The position numbers and the translations under genes are program-made. DNA of 64,000 bases from Antedon mediterranea. Its lineage: Eukaryota > Animalia > Echinodermata. The stretch lies in the NCBI RefSeq assembly GCF_964355755.1, contig NC_092677.1, positions 3,184,101 through 3,248,100 of the forward strand. The letters are read 5' to 3'. The notes below the pieces were generated by a model that was not told the origin of the DNA, did not search any database, and saw only the letters and a program-made list of their open reading frames with translations. Each line of letters begins with the position of its first letter. Position 1 is the first letter of the stretch. Positions 24,701 to 39,700 of the stretch are shown here, in pieces.

Positions 24701-27700
24701 CTATTTTTGTTAATAAGCTTTCAGTTGATCGGTTTTATCAGGAAAATAATTTCTTCATCAAGTTTTTGGTCAAAGTGAATAATCATTTATGGTAAACAAA
24801 TTGTAATGATTTTTTCAAGGAGAAAATATATCTCATTGGGGTATAAATTATTATGGCTATACAATTGGTTTTGAAAATAATGTTATAATGCCCTATATCG
24901 CTGGTATATATACAAATTGATCTGCAAATAGGCATAAACTACCGACCTTCCGACGACCTCTTCCAATTTCACGCCCATATCCTGGTGGATTAACATCTTA
25001 GTATCTTCGTGCAACTTTGCGGAAGTTTCCTTAAAACTGGCAACCATTGACTTCATTTCTGCTACAATCGGATCGCGGGCATCAACATGTTTTTGACGTA
25101 ATTTTTGAAGTTGCGAATCCACATGTTGCAGATCTGTAATAAACAAAATCATATTTCATTTAATTTTGCTTTCAATATTTTTTTTACTCAATAAAAATTT
25201 AAAAAAGATTTTTTTTTTTAATACATCTAATCTAAAACACACCTACTGCATGCTAGTGGTTGGCATGTGCACAAAATAGATTAACAGGCTAGTTTGCCCA
25301 GGGTAGTTTGCCCAGGCTAGTTTGCCCAGGCTAGTTTTCCCAGGGTAGTTTGCCCAGGCTAGTTTGCCCAGGGTAGTTTTCCCAGGGTAGTTTGCCCAGG
25401 CTAGTTTGCCCAGGGTAGTTTTCCCAGGGTAGTTTGCCCAGGCTAGTTTGCCCAGGGTAGTTTTCCCAGGGTAGTTTGCCCAGGCTAGTTTGCCCAGGGT
25501 AGTTTGCCCAGGGTAGTTTTCTAGACATTTTTCCTTAATAAAGAAAGAACATATTTGTTTGCTACTCATATTCAAACATCGAACGTGTGTTGTTTTTGAG
25601 TGCTTTTGGTTTTTATCTCTTAAAAAGATTTTCTCTTTCCATTCTTTTGGAATTGCGTTTAATACAATTTGCCATTCAGCAATCCAGTTTGATTTATAAT
25701 ACCTAAGCATATCAAGTAACTCATTTGCGTTAATGAACCTATTCTAAATTACAATATCCTTCATATTTCGTACACCTGACCTATCCAGTTTCTAAAAAAC
25801 ATGTCATTGTATAAAATCATTTTGTTATACCAGAGTTGTTGATGCAATATATCATCATAACATAATTGACGTTTAGTCATACCACTATTAAGTTTGACTA
25901 AAATACATAGTATAGATTTATAGAAATCGGGTATGGCTTTAAAACTAGCATTTTTCTTATCAATATATGATATGTTTTCAATAATATCTTTTGGGCCTAT
26001 TCTATTAAAATATGTGTTTGGCAGACATTTCCTCTTTGAATCCTCATTGTTATACAATCTTTTAAGCCAAGATATTTTTAAAGATTTAACCTGTGACCTG
26101 AAATCAGGCGCTTTAACACCACCACTTTCATATTCGTTTATAAGAACTACTCTTTTAACCTTTTCTCTTTTTCCATCCCACAAAAGTCAAAAATTATGTT
26201 ATCAACACGTTTTAGAACACTTTCAGGCGTGTCTATAATACTTGCAACATAAACAAGTTTTGACAGGCCAAGCGTCTTTAAGATAATTTTTTTCCCAAAA
26301 ATGGTCAGATTTCTTTTTCGCCACGATTTAAGCGTGTTTTGTAACGAATAGATTTTTTCGGACCTTTTCCGGAAAATTCTTTGTCATGGCCAATATAAAT
26401 ACCTAAAATTTTAAAACCGTCAGAAATCCAATTAATGTCCAATAGGTTGTCCTTTTTCTCCCATTTTCCAAGCCACATGGCATTTGTTTTTTCTTTGTTA
26501 AGTCTTAACCCAGATACACTACCAAATTTGATAACAACATCAATACACTTTTTTATGCAGTTCTCATCTTTCATAAATAAGACCGTGTCGTCTGCAAGTT
26601 GTGCAATTTTGACCTCGACAACAGGGTTTGGTAAAAGTATACCTTTAATAAGTTTATCCTGTTTTATCTTTAACGCTATAATTTCAGCGACCAAGATGAA
26701 CAGAAGTGCGGATAAAGGACAACTTTGTCTTATACCTCTAAACATTTTAAAGCTTTTTGAGCACCATCCATTGTTTAAAATAATACATTCTGTTTCAGCA
26801 TATAGAACTCTGAGCCATGCAATAAAAGACGGTCCAAAATTGAAATGGTACAAAGTGTTAACAAGAAAAGTTCTGTCTACTGTGTCAAAAAGCTTTTCTA
26901 AAGTCTAAACTTAATAATGCCCATTAACTTGCTAGTATCCATATATTCAATTACATCTTCGATCAATCTGATGTTTTCACCACCAAAACGGCCTCTAATG
27001 TACCCTTTTTGATCATTACTCACTTGTTTTAATAATATTTTGTAGCCTTTTTGTTAAAACAAAGGTGGCAATTTTATAGTCAGTGTTTAAGAGGGTTATG
27101 GGTCTCCAATTGTTTAGGTCTTCGTGATCACCTTTTTTAAATATTAAGTTTATTACTCCCCTTTTTTGCGTATTTGATAATGCTCCATTCTTTAAACATG
27201 GATTGAGAGCATTGCAGACTAATACGCCAATCTTGGGCCATAATGTCTGATAGAATCCTACCGTGAGACCATCGGTACCGGGCGCTTTATTTAGTTTCAT
27301 ACTCCGTATCGCTTCTTCGCATTCTACGGAGGTTAATTCTCCTTCACATAACCCCTTTTCAAGATGTGTTAACTTTGGAACGTCTATTAAATTTAAATAA
27401 TTTGGAATATCATTTGCTTGTATGTCCTCTTTTGCATACAACTTTTCAAAGTGTTGGACTTCTTATATCAAGATATCTTTAGTTTTTGTGGCGCATGTTC
27501 CGTCAGATTTTTTAAATCTTTTTATTTGTTTTCTTTTCCCGTTATTTTTTTCCAGACCAAGAAAGTATTTGGAGTTCTTTTCTCCTTCTTCTACCCATTT
27601 CGCTCTTGAACGAATTTGAGCCCCTTTTGCCTCATAGGCATATATCCTCTAATTCTTTAGATTTAATTTCAATTTCTGTATTCACATATTCATCTCTATC

Positions 27701-30700
27701 GTTGTTCATTAGTTTAGTTGTTGAATTTCTTTTTGTAAATTTTCCTTCTTTCTATTTATATTTTTTGATTTTAGTTTGCCAAAGTTAATTGAAAATTCTT
27801 TGATTTTGATTTTAATTATGATTTCTATATTATTAAGAAAATAGAACTGCTGTGAACAGCTATCTATTATCTGATTTTTGTTGAGAAATTGTTCGTCCTG
27901 TAATTAATCGGAATTTAATTTCCATAATCCTGGACCACGATCCTGGATCCTAATACAATATATTGTAATTTAATATGAATACAGTTTGTGAAAATATGTG
28001 TAATGCTTTAATAGCTAGACCTAGCCTTCCACTAGCCTACTGTCTTTTTTAATTTATTCTGGTTAACTCTTGGTCGTAAAACCGGTTTCATAAGAAAACT
28101 GCACTCCACTTTTCCTCCCAGAAATACTAATATATACAACTATATTCTTAGAAGAAGTAATATATTCATAAAAAATATATTTCACAAGATTATTGGAATA
28201 TTTAACAAAAAACAAATTGTGAACATGATGTCCAATAACTATAAAATTGTAATTGTATTGCATTAATCAATTATACTGTATCTAATAAATAAATAACAAT
28301 AATCTACATCAAAAAATTAAGAAAAAAATGTATACATACAATTATATTCAACAGTGTAATGACTGCCTATAATTGAATTGAATTGAAATATATATTTATA
28401 CTGGGTAACCTCTTCAGTCAAAGACTGGTCTCCCAGAGGGCCCAGTTGGTGATCAGTGGCTGTGACTGTACTAGGTTCTTTAAAGTGCACACGAGCTAGA
28501 TGTGTACACTGGACCTACGGTTTATAGTCCTTATCCGAGAAGACTCGTTCTACCACCAGAACCATGGAGTGAGTGAGCCTCGAACCCCTGCCGATGTTAT
28601 GGCTACGTAATTACGGTTCCACTGTCTTAACCGCTCGGCCACTCACTCACTCAATAATTTGATTAGGAAAAGGAAAAAAACGTATTCACCGTTTCCATTT
28701 TAAAAATGTTTAACTGGACTAGTTACTGGCCCACATGGCCAACAATTTCAGTTAGTGAACTAAATATACTTGCCATGTTAAAAGGACCACATCAAAATTC
28801 TACTGCAGTTACTGCAGTAATTACATCTTGCAGAAATGCAGTAATTACATGTTATTTAGCAATGTTTTTTTATAACACTGTTTATTAAAATGACTGCTTC
28901 ATATACTTCTACTGAAACAAACTAAAATCATATCATTGCAGGAAAAAAAGTTCTGTAGTTACTGCAGTAACTGCAGTAGAATATTTGACATGGTTTTTCT
29001 TAATGAACAAATGATAATGTTGCAATAATCAGACTAGTATAGACTATTTATATTCCACGGTATCATTTCTTACAATTTCAAACAATTGTCAACAACTTAC
29101 TGCAGTAATAAATTAATTACCGCATTAAAAGCACTAGTGCATTACTCGCGGACAATAAAATCCACAAATGCCATGACGATAAAATTAACAGTACGCTATG
29201 ACAGATTAAAACACTTAAAAACATCAATTATTTCGGTATGATCAGCGTTTAGTATAAGTAACTCTTGGTTAATAAAGATAAATTACGTTATATAAAGACG
29301 ATGTAATAGGTAGAAATATATCAGGTAAAGCTTTTTACTAAATAATAAATTGCGTAATGATGAAGGTTAATTCTCATCGTAACAAAAAGTAGCATTTTAA
29401 ACGATTGCGTGGTAAGTAACAGACTTCTAACAAGAATCTTTTAATCCGGAAAGTTATTCTTAATATTGTGATAGATGGACTTATGGTTGGATCCAGGGAT
29501 TACCAAATACAGTTTATCATTTTTGCACTTTTTAAAAACCTTTTTACTTTTTCAACTTCAAATTAGATTTAGATGAGATTTAAGCATAATATATAAGAAC
29601 TTACATTCTCGGGTTCCCGATTCAAAAGCTGCGTTGACTTGCGACAGCATGTTCTGACAACTACGTTCAAACGCCGGTAGAATGGACGAATGGAAAGCAT
29701 CACGATATGTTGATTGTATTGTGTTTGATAACGTATTAGCGGCTGCTTGACCCATGGCTTCCGTCGTTGACTGCAAGGTAACAAATTTAATTTAATAAAA
29801 AAAAAAATGCGTTTAAAATAAATTTATTTGCATACTCTGCAGTTGGTAATCATATTCTCTTTGACACTTTAGATTTGGGCCACTTATTTTCACGTATTCT
29901 TCACTGTATGTAGTACGTATACAATATATAGCTGTATATACTTAGATGCGACACAAAATAGAGAGCGCACTAACATTTATTCAATGGTATAATCGTTTTT
30001 CTCTGCGCAATATTCTAACATGACATGCACGTGGCGTTTGCTCTGCGGATAACCTAACTCGTCCGTAGTGACGAGTTCAAATCTAGTTGATACTTTAGAT
30101 TTGCACTACTGACCAATTTATTTATATTCTTTACTTACCCGTGACTTGACCAGTTTAGATATATTCTCTTTCATGATGTCATTAGTGGCCGTAATTTTTT
30201 GACTGACCGTTTCATGTAATCGGTCACCGAGTGGCTGAATCATTTTCTCAATTTCTAAAAAGTAAATCATAAGTATATCAAACATCATTTAAAAGTTTGT
30301 AAAATGATTATTCCAATAACGTTAGGACATTACTTTTCATCATAAAATATTTTATACGCATTCAACAGCGAGCAACTTGCTAATTACAGGATGGATAAAC
30401 TATTTTATAATTTATCTCACTTATAAACTAAGTCTCGTTTGAGCCTTAGGAGGTGGAATTGAAAGCAGTGAGTTGTAACCCTGGCACTAAGTCAGGATTG
30501 AACCCTGGACCTTGGGATTGGAAGGCAAACATGTTAACCACCAAGCTACAGCGTCACTACTTTTTAATGACTTACGTGGCATTACATGTTGCTGTATTTC
30601 CGTCTTTACCGTCTTATCCAACTTTGTCGTTACAGATTGTCGTAATGTATGGGAAATATTGTCCATTATTTTATCCTGTTTTTGTTTGTCCTCTTGCTGC

Positions 30701-33700
30701 GCTAACTTTAATCTCTGACCTTTGACCTTATTAAGAATTTAACCTTCAAAATAGATTTGGTTTTTTCAAAACCATCAATAATATACTTGATTTCAGCGCC
30801 ATTGTAATATTTTTTAGTATTTATAAATTTCTTTATTTTTTTAATACACACATTAGAAGTTACTAAATCCTAATTACATACGGTCAGACTAACTGCCTAT
30901 GTATTATCTTAACCAACATAACTGGCGCCCATATAGTGCTACAGTAGGTCATTTTGTAAATGACGAGCCAATAAAATATTCAACTCTACATTGTGTTATG
31001 ATTCAAGGAAATAACTATGCAGCCTGATATTTAATTAAATCTCCCTAGGCTTAGCACCTGGGCCACTACTTAATTAGATTACACCCCATGATACATCGTC
31101 AAGTGTAGAGAAAAGTTAGGCCTAGCCAACATCAAGTGTAGAGAACAGTAGGCCTAGCCATCGTCAAGTGCAGAGAACAGTTAGGCCTAGCAAACATCAA
31201 GTGTAGAGAACAGTTAGGCCTAGCTATCGTCAAGTGCAGATAACAGTTAGGCCTAACCAACATTTTATTGTTTTAACATGTTCACAGTGCGGAATTTGAA
31301 CTTTTAACTTGACTGTACAAAGCAAACAGAAAAGAAAGGATACGTTCTGACTCGGCATGTTTGGTAAACAAATTCTCAACCTTTGAACTTAGTCCTTTTT
31401 CTAATTTATCTATTCTTGATTTTAAAGATTGATTAATGCTATTTGATAGTTGATTTCTGTTCATCTCCTTCCTCAGTTGACTCATCTCCTCTTGTTGTTT
31501 ATCTAATCTCTCTGTTATTTCTTTTAATCCATCTGTGATCTGAGGAAAAGAGATGTTTCCACTGTAAATACGGTGATGAAATAAAATCAAATTAACGCAA
31601 AATGTAAAAATCAACCAAAAACCTTGTAAAATATTATTGTATGTTTTCATTAATTTTTAAACAAAAGCCAAATTTTCTATAATAAAACTTTGCGGTTTTG
31701 AATGAATCAGATGCTGGAAAATATGATAGCTTCTGTGTTTAAGACTTTTGTTTACTTCCCGCAACTAAATAATCCTACAAGTTCATGTATATTGTAACTG
31801 AAAATGTTTGCAATTATGAAAAAATTGTATAAAAAAAATGAAAAGATATGAGAAAAAAAGTAACTCACGCTGCTTAGATCCACGATAGGATTGTCGAGCA
31901 CCTGTAGCGATCTTCTAACCAAAACTTTCGGGGAGGCATGCTTGCGCTTCTCTTTTTTAAGACGTCCTAATAAGGTCTGATCCTTACTTGATGACGATAC
32001 ATCAGCATCAGAACTGTACAAAAAGATATCTTAGTTTATTTCAATTTCAAATTTGTTCCTACTGCAGTCACTGCAATAAACAGTGTACACGATTACTCAA
32101 AAAAGTTTGCTAAATAATTGCATAAAAGGTAAAAGAATAAACAAAATAGTTACTGCAGTAAATTTAAAATGGCCCTAAACCATTGTATTAATAATTAATA
32201 TTACAAATAACAATTTATCATGGGTTGGCCAAAATAAAGCATTCAGTAATTTACAGCTATAATGAGCATTATAAACAAATTACTGAAATGAAAAAAAAAT
32301 AAAAAAATCTACACTATCAAAATTTATGTGACATAAAAATGTGATGTGCGCGATATATGAACATGATGATGTCATATCACTACCAAATTTGGGTATATTA
32401 CTACCATATATGGTTACATCACACTTGTTTTGTCAAAGTAGTTTGATAGTGTGGACAGAGCTTAAAGATTTAAAAAATAAGCTCATGGGCTTGTTACCTG
32501 GTTTCATTTCCCTCATGGTCATGCAAATGCATAGTGCTAGAGTCCTGTCCCTCGTCCATTGTTGATTCAAAATCGTCTTGCGGAAACTTATCTAAACTTT
32601 CAGATTTTCTAGCATAAAACAAATATAACACAAAAATGATGCATATTTTTCTGTAAGTTCTGTCTACACTATCAAACTTTATGTGACAACAAATGTGATG
32701 TGCCCATATATGGACATGGTGATGTCACATCACTACCAAATTTAAGCATATGACTACCATATTTGGGCACATCACACTTTTTTTTCAAACTAGTTTGATA
32801 ATGTAGACTGAGCTTTAATCATGATTAAATTCTGAGGTCAAATCATAAAAGGTAAAATAATTGGAAATCCCCATCTGGGTTGGGTTAAAGGTTTTTTTCG
32901 AAACAGTAGGATCAAAATTTCAGACCTTCATTCCAGAGTGTTTACTGTTTATATAAGTTCTGGGTTCAATCCTGATTGGGTTGGGGCTACAGTCAAATGT
33001 TTTTATCAAAATTAATTTATTTTCAACTGTAATTTTAGAGTATCTATACATTCCATGAGCTTACAACAACATGATTATGACCAGATTACAATACCACCAA
33101 GCACGCAAGTGAAAGCAACACATGCTCAGAATCGACGTCTTTTACTTACAATTCAACAGCTGGTTTCTCTTCAGCGTCTGGTACTTCCATCTTCTCCTCC
33201 TCGTGCTCCGCAAAATCAGCATTGTCACTTTCATCTTTCAACTGTCCATCTACAACTGGTGTTGTTTCATTGTTGATATCGACCTCCGACGCAATGTCCT
33301 GACCAAGTATCGTAGCCACTTCAGCACTTGAATCTGACAACCTCTTTTCAAGAAGTCTTGATTTACTTCCGACGCCCGATCTTGAGCTCACTGGTGTGCC
33401 ATCGTAGTCAACTGGTGATACAGGCAGTGGCAACGAAGATGGCGTCAACAGAGAATCAGATTCTGGTGTTGGTTGTAGAGACGAAGGAGTCATTGTATGC
33501 GAACTCTCCGGCGTCATGATTCTTGTTGTGTCGGAGGATGTTCTGGAGCTTAGAAGGTCATCGATGGAGCTGTTGATGGCGGTTACTTGTGTAAAACTAC
33601 TGGTGCTGGAGACACTATCACCAGTGGCAGAATGTCGAGCACCCTTCATAAAATCCTGTGGTGTCATTAAGACTGGTTGGCCACCAGAACGAGCAGACTC

Positions 33701-36700
33701 TGACGTAAAAGATGCCGTGGTAGAATTTGAAGGTGTCGCATGCTGATTGGCAGTTGATTCTTGTTCTCCTTGTGAGGTATCAGCATCAATTGACTGGTCT
33801 AAAAAGCTCATGTCAGACAAGCCATCATGTAGAGCTGTCAATGAAAAATGTAATCAATTTATTCAAACTTAAGGTACGTCCACACTGAGCCAGGATTTTC
33901 TTTCAATATATTTATTAGTAAATATGGTCAAATTAATACATTAATGTATAATAATACAGATGTAAATAAAATACATACAATATAGTCAATTAATGATAAA
34001 CAAAAGACCATAAATAGGGGATCAAGATTAGAAGTAAAAATACTTGTCTCATAATGACCCCAAATAAAAAAACAAACAAAAAGAAGCAACAACAAAAAAG
34101 AAAACAAACCAATATAAAATACTAAAAAACTAAAGATTGCGCAAATAATTATCAGTCATCTGACTGATACTTTGATAAACATTGCATTTTCATATTTCTT
34201 CTAAAAAGTTTAATTGATTTAACGTTAATATAGTGGCTGTATTTAGGTTATTCCATTGTGTGGGACCTGAAAAAGTAATGAAAAATTGGCTTTTCCTCAA
34301 TCTTACGAAAGGGACAAATAATAACAAATTATTGACATACTGAAACATAAACGAAGTAACTTGAATTGTGTGAAGGTCCTTAATTTTTACGATGTTTAAC
34401 TTCTTAAATAGAGGTTCAGAGGGCGTTCTAAATGGCGAAAAAGTTATTAAGCGAACGACACGTTTTTGTAATATAAGAATTTTGTGTAGATTTGAAGGGT
34501 AATCGGTTCGGTGCTAGAGAAAACTCTGGGCTATGTTACATTTTTTTTGGGCTCTGCAACATTAACACATTTCTTAAGCTCTGTCTACACTGTCAAACTT
34601 TATGTGACAAAAAATGTGATGTGCCCATATATGAACATGATGATGTCAAACCACTACCATATTTAAGCACATCACTACCATATTTGGGCACATCGCAGTT
34701 TTTTGTGTAACTAGTTTGATAGTGTAGACAGAGAATTAAAAAAAAAGAACTATACCAATTTTACATTTTTTCTTATTCGGGCACCAGACAAAAAATTCAT
34801 ACCTACGCCAATGAATATTTTAACCATTTTTTAATCATTAAAATTGAAAGTTGACAAACTCACCAGTATCATCTTGTGACAACGAGCTTATGGATTCACA
34901 GACTGATTGCTCTACTGACGATTGTGGTTGGAACCGAATTTGAAATTCTTGCAAAGATCTAAACAAAAATAAAATTCAATTAAATTTTAAGCACAATATT
35001 TTTCCAATAAGTATAATACTACACTTAGTACTACACATAAAAGTGTATTGGGTATCTGACATATTAATGGTTCAATAGACTATGCAAGGCTCAATAATAT
35101 CACACTCCTCTCCTCCCCTCCCCCTCCCCCAACTCTCATTTTCTTCAAATTGGCTCACAGACATGGATTATAATACAAGCATTCGTTTTAGTACAGGTCT
35201 GCTAAGGAAAACAAACCAGTAAAATTGATCATTGGTCGAATTAAATTCAGGCCAGTTAAAATTCCGGTCACTTGCTTGGTAGGTCTGCTAAAAATAATCT
35301 TAAGACCCCTGAATTTGTTGCGAAAAAATATTATAGAATTAAATTTAATGAATTACTTAGTGTGAACACAATACATCTTGACAACTGTACCAATCACGCT
35401 TTCCATCTCTCCTACAAAAAAAAAACCATAAATAAAAATTGTTTTTCATAATATTAATACGTATCGGGCTTCAAAACCACAGACCTTGGGTTCATGTCCT
35501 GTATGTTCATATCATCGTGAAGTAATTTCCAGATTGATCGTAATCAAAACGGTACTGGGTATGGTCTACTAGCGTTCCTGCTCCCAACAAGTACATCCAT
35601 TCATAGAAGCCTTAATGAAGTAAGCCTACCTGGTGGTGGCCATAGAACGGTCCCGAGTTAACGACTATACTTCGGCTTTAGTCGATAGAAGATTGAAAAA
35701 ATTGTTAGATGTTTGATTATGTGTAGATTTGTTCTTTTATTCAAATGATGTTCTGCATAAGGAAACGGAGATATGAGGTTTTGTTGTATTGGACTGGTGT
35801 ACAGTAGGTTTGTACCCTCCTATTAAGGGACACTTTTTTGGTCTCGAATGTGTCCCTTTAATAAAGGTTTTACTGTAATAATTGTGACACATTTTCCAAA
35901 AATAATATAAATTTTAATATTAAAAAAAAATTCTTTTTTTAATGTTTTCGTCAATTGTACTGTGATAGTGCATTTTAATGTTCTTTCCGATTTATTTATG
36001 ATTTGTAATTTTTATTGTGTGCATTGAGATTTAATAACGCAATACGCTTTATAAATCTCTATCTACAAACAAACTAGTGTGATGTGCCCAAATATGGTAG
36101 TGATAGGCGCAAATATGGTAGTGATATGACATCATCATGTCCATATATGGGCACATCACACTTATTTGTCACATAAAGTTTGATAGTGTAGACAGAGTTT
36201 TTAGAATGATAAACAATATACCTGATATATATGTTTCCTCATTGTTGTCATACTCAGCTGTGTGTTTGAGTTTCTTCTTACTGGCATCCACTACATAAAA
36301 ACTAAGCATAGGTTGAGTGAGTAGGAACTCTGACACAGAACTGATATGAGCCGTACCTTTCTCATCATTTTGGTGAACTTGCAGAATATACAATACCTAA
36401 TGAAAATATAGAAGATATGTTAATACCGTAGTTCCCCGGGTATAATCCCACTCCCCTTGCACGTGAAATTTGCCCGAATTTGGGAGGTGGGACTATACCC
36501 GGGGATTTCCCGCTGCAGGAACTGAAAATGACGATATTTCTTCTAGCTACGATTTAGGCTATCTAAAAGCTATATTCCAGTGTAGGCCTAGCAATCTAGG
36601 CCTAGGTGGCCTTACCTGTGCTATGCCTACCGTATAGATTTTCCCCGAGATTTCTACTTAAAAAATACCCTAAAATGTGATCTAGGCCTAGCTTCCTAAA

Positions 36701-39700
36701 TCGACATGAACTCAATCATACAAGTTCTCCATGTTCACCCACACGCTCGAGCTCTCTGTGTAAATCGAATGTTGTTGCATGTGACTCTACTCTACTCTTT
36801 TTGTTACAGTAATCAAGCATGCACAGTAGTGTAAACAACAAGACAGAATGTACACGATGGCGAAAGGATGTACAGAACGTGACGATCGGGGTATGCTAGC
36901 CTTAAGGTTGTATTCAACTTAACAATGTTTGATGAGTTTTAAGTCAGCCAAATTCAGAGAAATTACTCTATTTTTTTGGTGAGAAATTGACGTCGGCCTA
37001 GCTAGCTACAGTAGGCCTAGGCCGACCTCTGGCCTAATGTTAAATTATACACTGGGACTTTGCCCGGGGATATGCTTGCGTGCGAAGGTAATCGTAAAGT
37101 CGGGGGTGGGATTATACCCGAGGTGGGATTATACCCGAGGAACTACGGTATTACAAGCGATTGTACAAAGGTCTCAACTTTTGCAAACACACCCACAAAA
37201 GACAGGGCACTATAAATTAAATGCACCAAACAATATCGGATGCTATTCTAAAAAAAATATTGTAGTGTTATGACATCATCGTATCCATATATGAATATGA
37301 ACATTTTTTGACACATAAAGTTTGATAGTTTAGACAGGGCTTAAGGCATTGGTATCCTTAGTATGGGTATGCCAGCCGCTATTCAGATGAGAGAAGAATG
37401 GAAAATATGTTCGGGAATGCATTTCTTACTTTTTTAGAATCTAAATAATATATTTTTCCATATTAAAAAAAAAGCATATTAATGAGAGGGGAAGAAAGGG
37501 ATTACAAATATCTGTGATCTCTCAGGAAGTTGGCTTTCACACATTCTTACAATTTACGAATCTGCTTACCTTTCGTTTAATATCCGACATAACAATATAC
37601 GACGCCGTTAGGTCTAGCTTAGCTTTCAGGCTAGGGTACGGTTGCGGTGTCGGGCTAGAGAACATGACCGTTTGTAAACACGTCCAAGTCACTGTACACC
37701 ACATTTTCAACTCGCTGTTTTGGTTGGCGCAAGTTATCAGAAACCGCCAGAAATGAACACTAGATGAAAACAACAAATTTAAAATATATATACCTACAGA
37801 ACAAATGTACAAGCAAATTCATTAAGTTTAAGATATTTAGAATATCAATTATGATGGGTGATATTTTTTTACCTCCATGAATTTTTAGTTGAATGTTTTT
37901 AAACTTGTTATTAACCATTTGACTATTCTAATTTATTTTTTATGGAAATTAAAAAAAACATTAAAACAAACAAAAATGTAATCATATAATACATATTTCT
38001 GCCTTGAACACTAAGCTTTCAATTTACAATGATTGACGATCTAGAAACAAGCTAGCTAATGTCAATTCCTTTTTTTTATTACCATATTTAATGAGGGTGA
38101 TCCATCCAGCAATTGCTGATCATTAGGAACCCTCAGAGGTTCACAAGACAAACATATACACAACATGCTCTACATAAACAAAGTCTTATTAAAAGTATTT
38201 GGGAGTGGAGTTGTAATTTTGTCCTTAGAAAAAACTCTGACATGTGACGGGACTTGAACTCCGGACCCTTGGAGCACCAAGCCACAATTGCGCGCATGTG
38301 GAAAAGTTGGGACATGCTACTTCAATATTGGTGGTTTATAGGTTCAGACAACTAACGAAACATAATTGCGGTCCTACAGTAGGTATGTAGGTCCTAGCAA
38401 ATGGAAAGCTTTAAAATAAACTAGTGCTAACGTACTTAGGATCTTGGAACTTATGATTGTCACAGAATAGAATAGTTGAGATGGGTTTTCCACCATGAGG
38501 TACCCACTGGTGCAACCTTCTGGGAGGGTCAGTACCTTCCCAGTATATCTGCCAAAATTTGACGCTGCCATCCACACTAGCGGTTGCTAACACAGATGCA
38601 TCAGGTGCTACTGCTACATCAGTAATTGGCTACAAAGAAAATAAATTAAAATAATTATTTCATTTTGAACAACATTATTTTGAGCTAAATACATTTTGTA
38701 ATATTACTACTAATTATTAACTAATAATATACTTTTCATAACAATAATAATAATAGTAAGTACTACCATATTTGGGCATATCACAACCATATTTGGGCAT
38801 ATCACAACCATATTTGGGCACATCACAACCATATTTGGACACATCACAACCATATTTGGACACATCACAACCATATTTGGGCACATCACACTTTTTTTGT
38901 CAAACTAGATAGTGTAGACAAAGCTTTATAATGATGTTTTACCAAAGTGTGTCCATCTCGTACTGCTATCACCCCTTCTGTAACATCGTACACTGGTGTT
39001 GGGTCACTGCCATACTTGTCTGCAATAACGTCAATATCCCACACTTCCGCCTGCGAGGAGGACAAAACGCAAAATATTATAATTATTTATAATCTTAGCT
39101 TAAGTTCGGTTCCCACTTGGAAGTAATTTGACCAATCATAACACATAATGGGTTTTATATCCAAACTGTGATTGGTCAATGGCGTAGAAAGTTACTCAAC
39201 ATAATATATTGTAATCAGTACTGATCAGAGTTTGACAAAAAAGTGTTATGTACTCCAAATGGTAGTGATATGCTTAAATATGGTAGTGATATGACATCAT
39301 GACCTTATTTGGGCACATCACATTTTGTGTCACATAAAGTTTGATAGTGTAGACAGAGCTTTATGGAAGTTTCAATCAATATGTTCGGGACCATGTTAAA
39401 ATCGAAGTTACCGCAGTAACTTCATTTTATTTACTCTTTAATTACAGTAGTTCATGTAATTAGTTAGCAAACTTTTTTGTCTAATTATACACATTGTTTA
39501 TTATCTACCACAAACTTTTACATTGAACCAAGCTAAAATCACATTTTACATATTGCATTAAAAAATGTAGTACTGCAGTAGTATGATTTAATATCACAAT
39601 GTTACTGCAGTAGTATGATTTAATATTACAATGTTACTGCAGTATTATGATTTAGTATTACAATGTTACTGCAGTAGTATGATTTAATATCACAATGTTA

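Noticed and set aside
25523-27950. Functional or domesticated reverse transcriptase
   Set aside because: Multiple frameshifts and stops and a missing endonuclease N-terminus make it an ordinary dead LINE.
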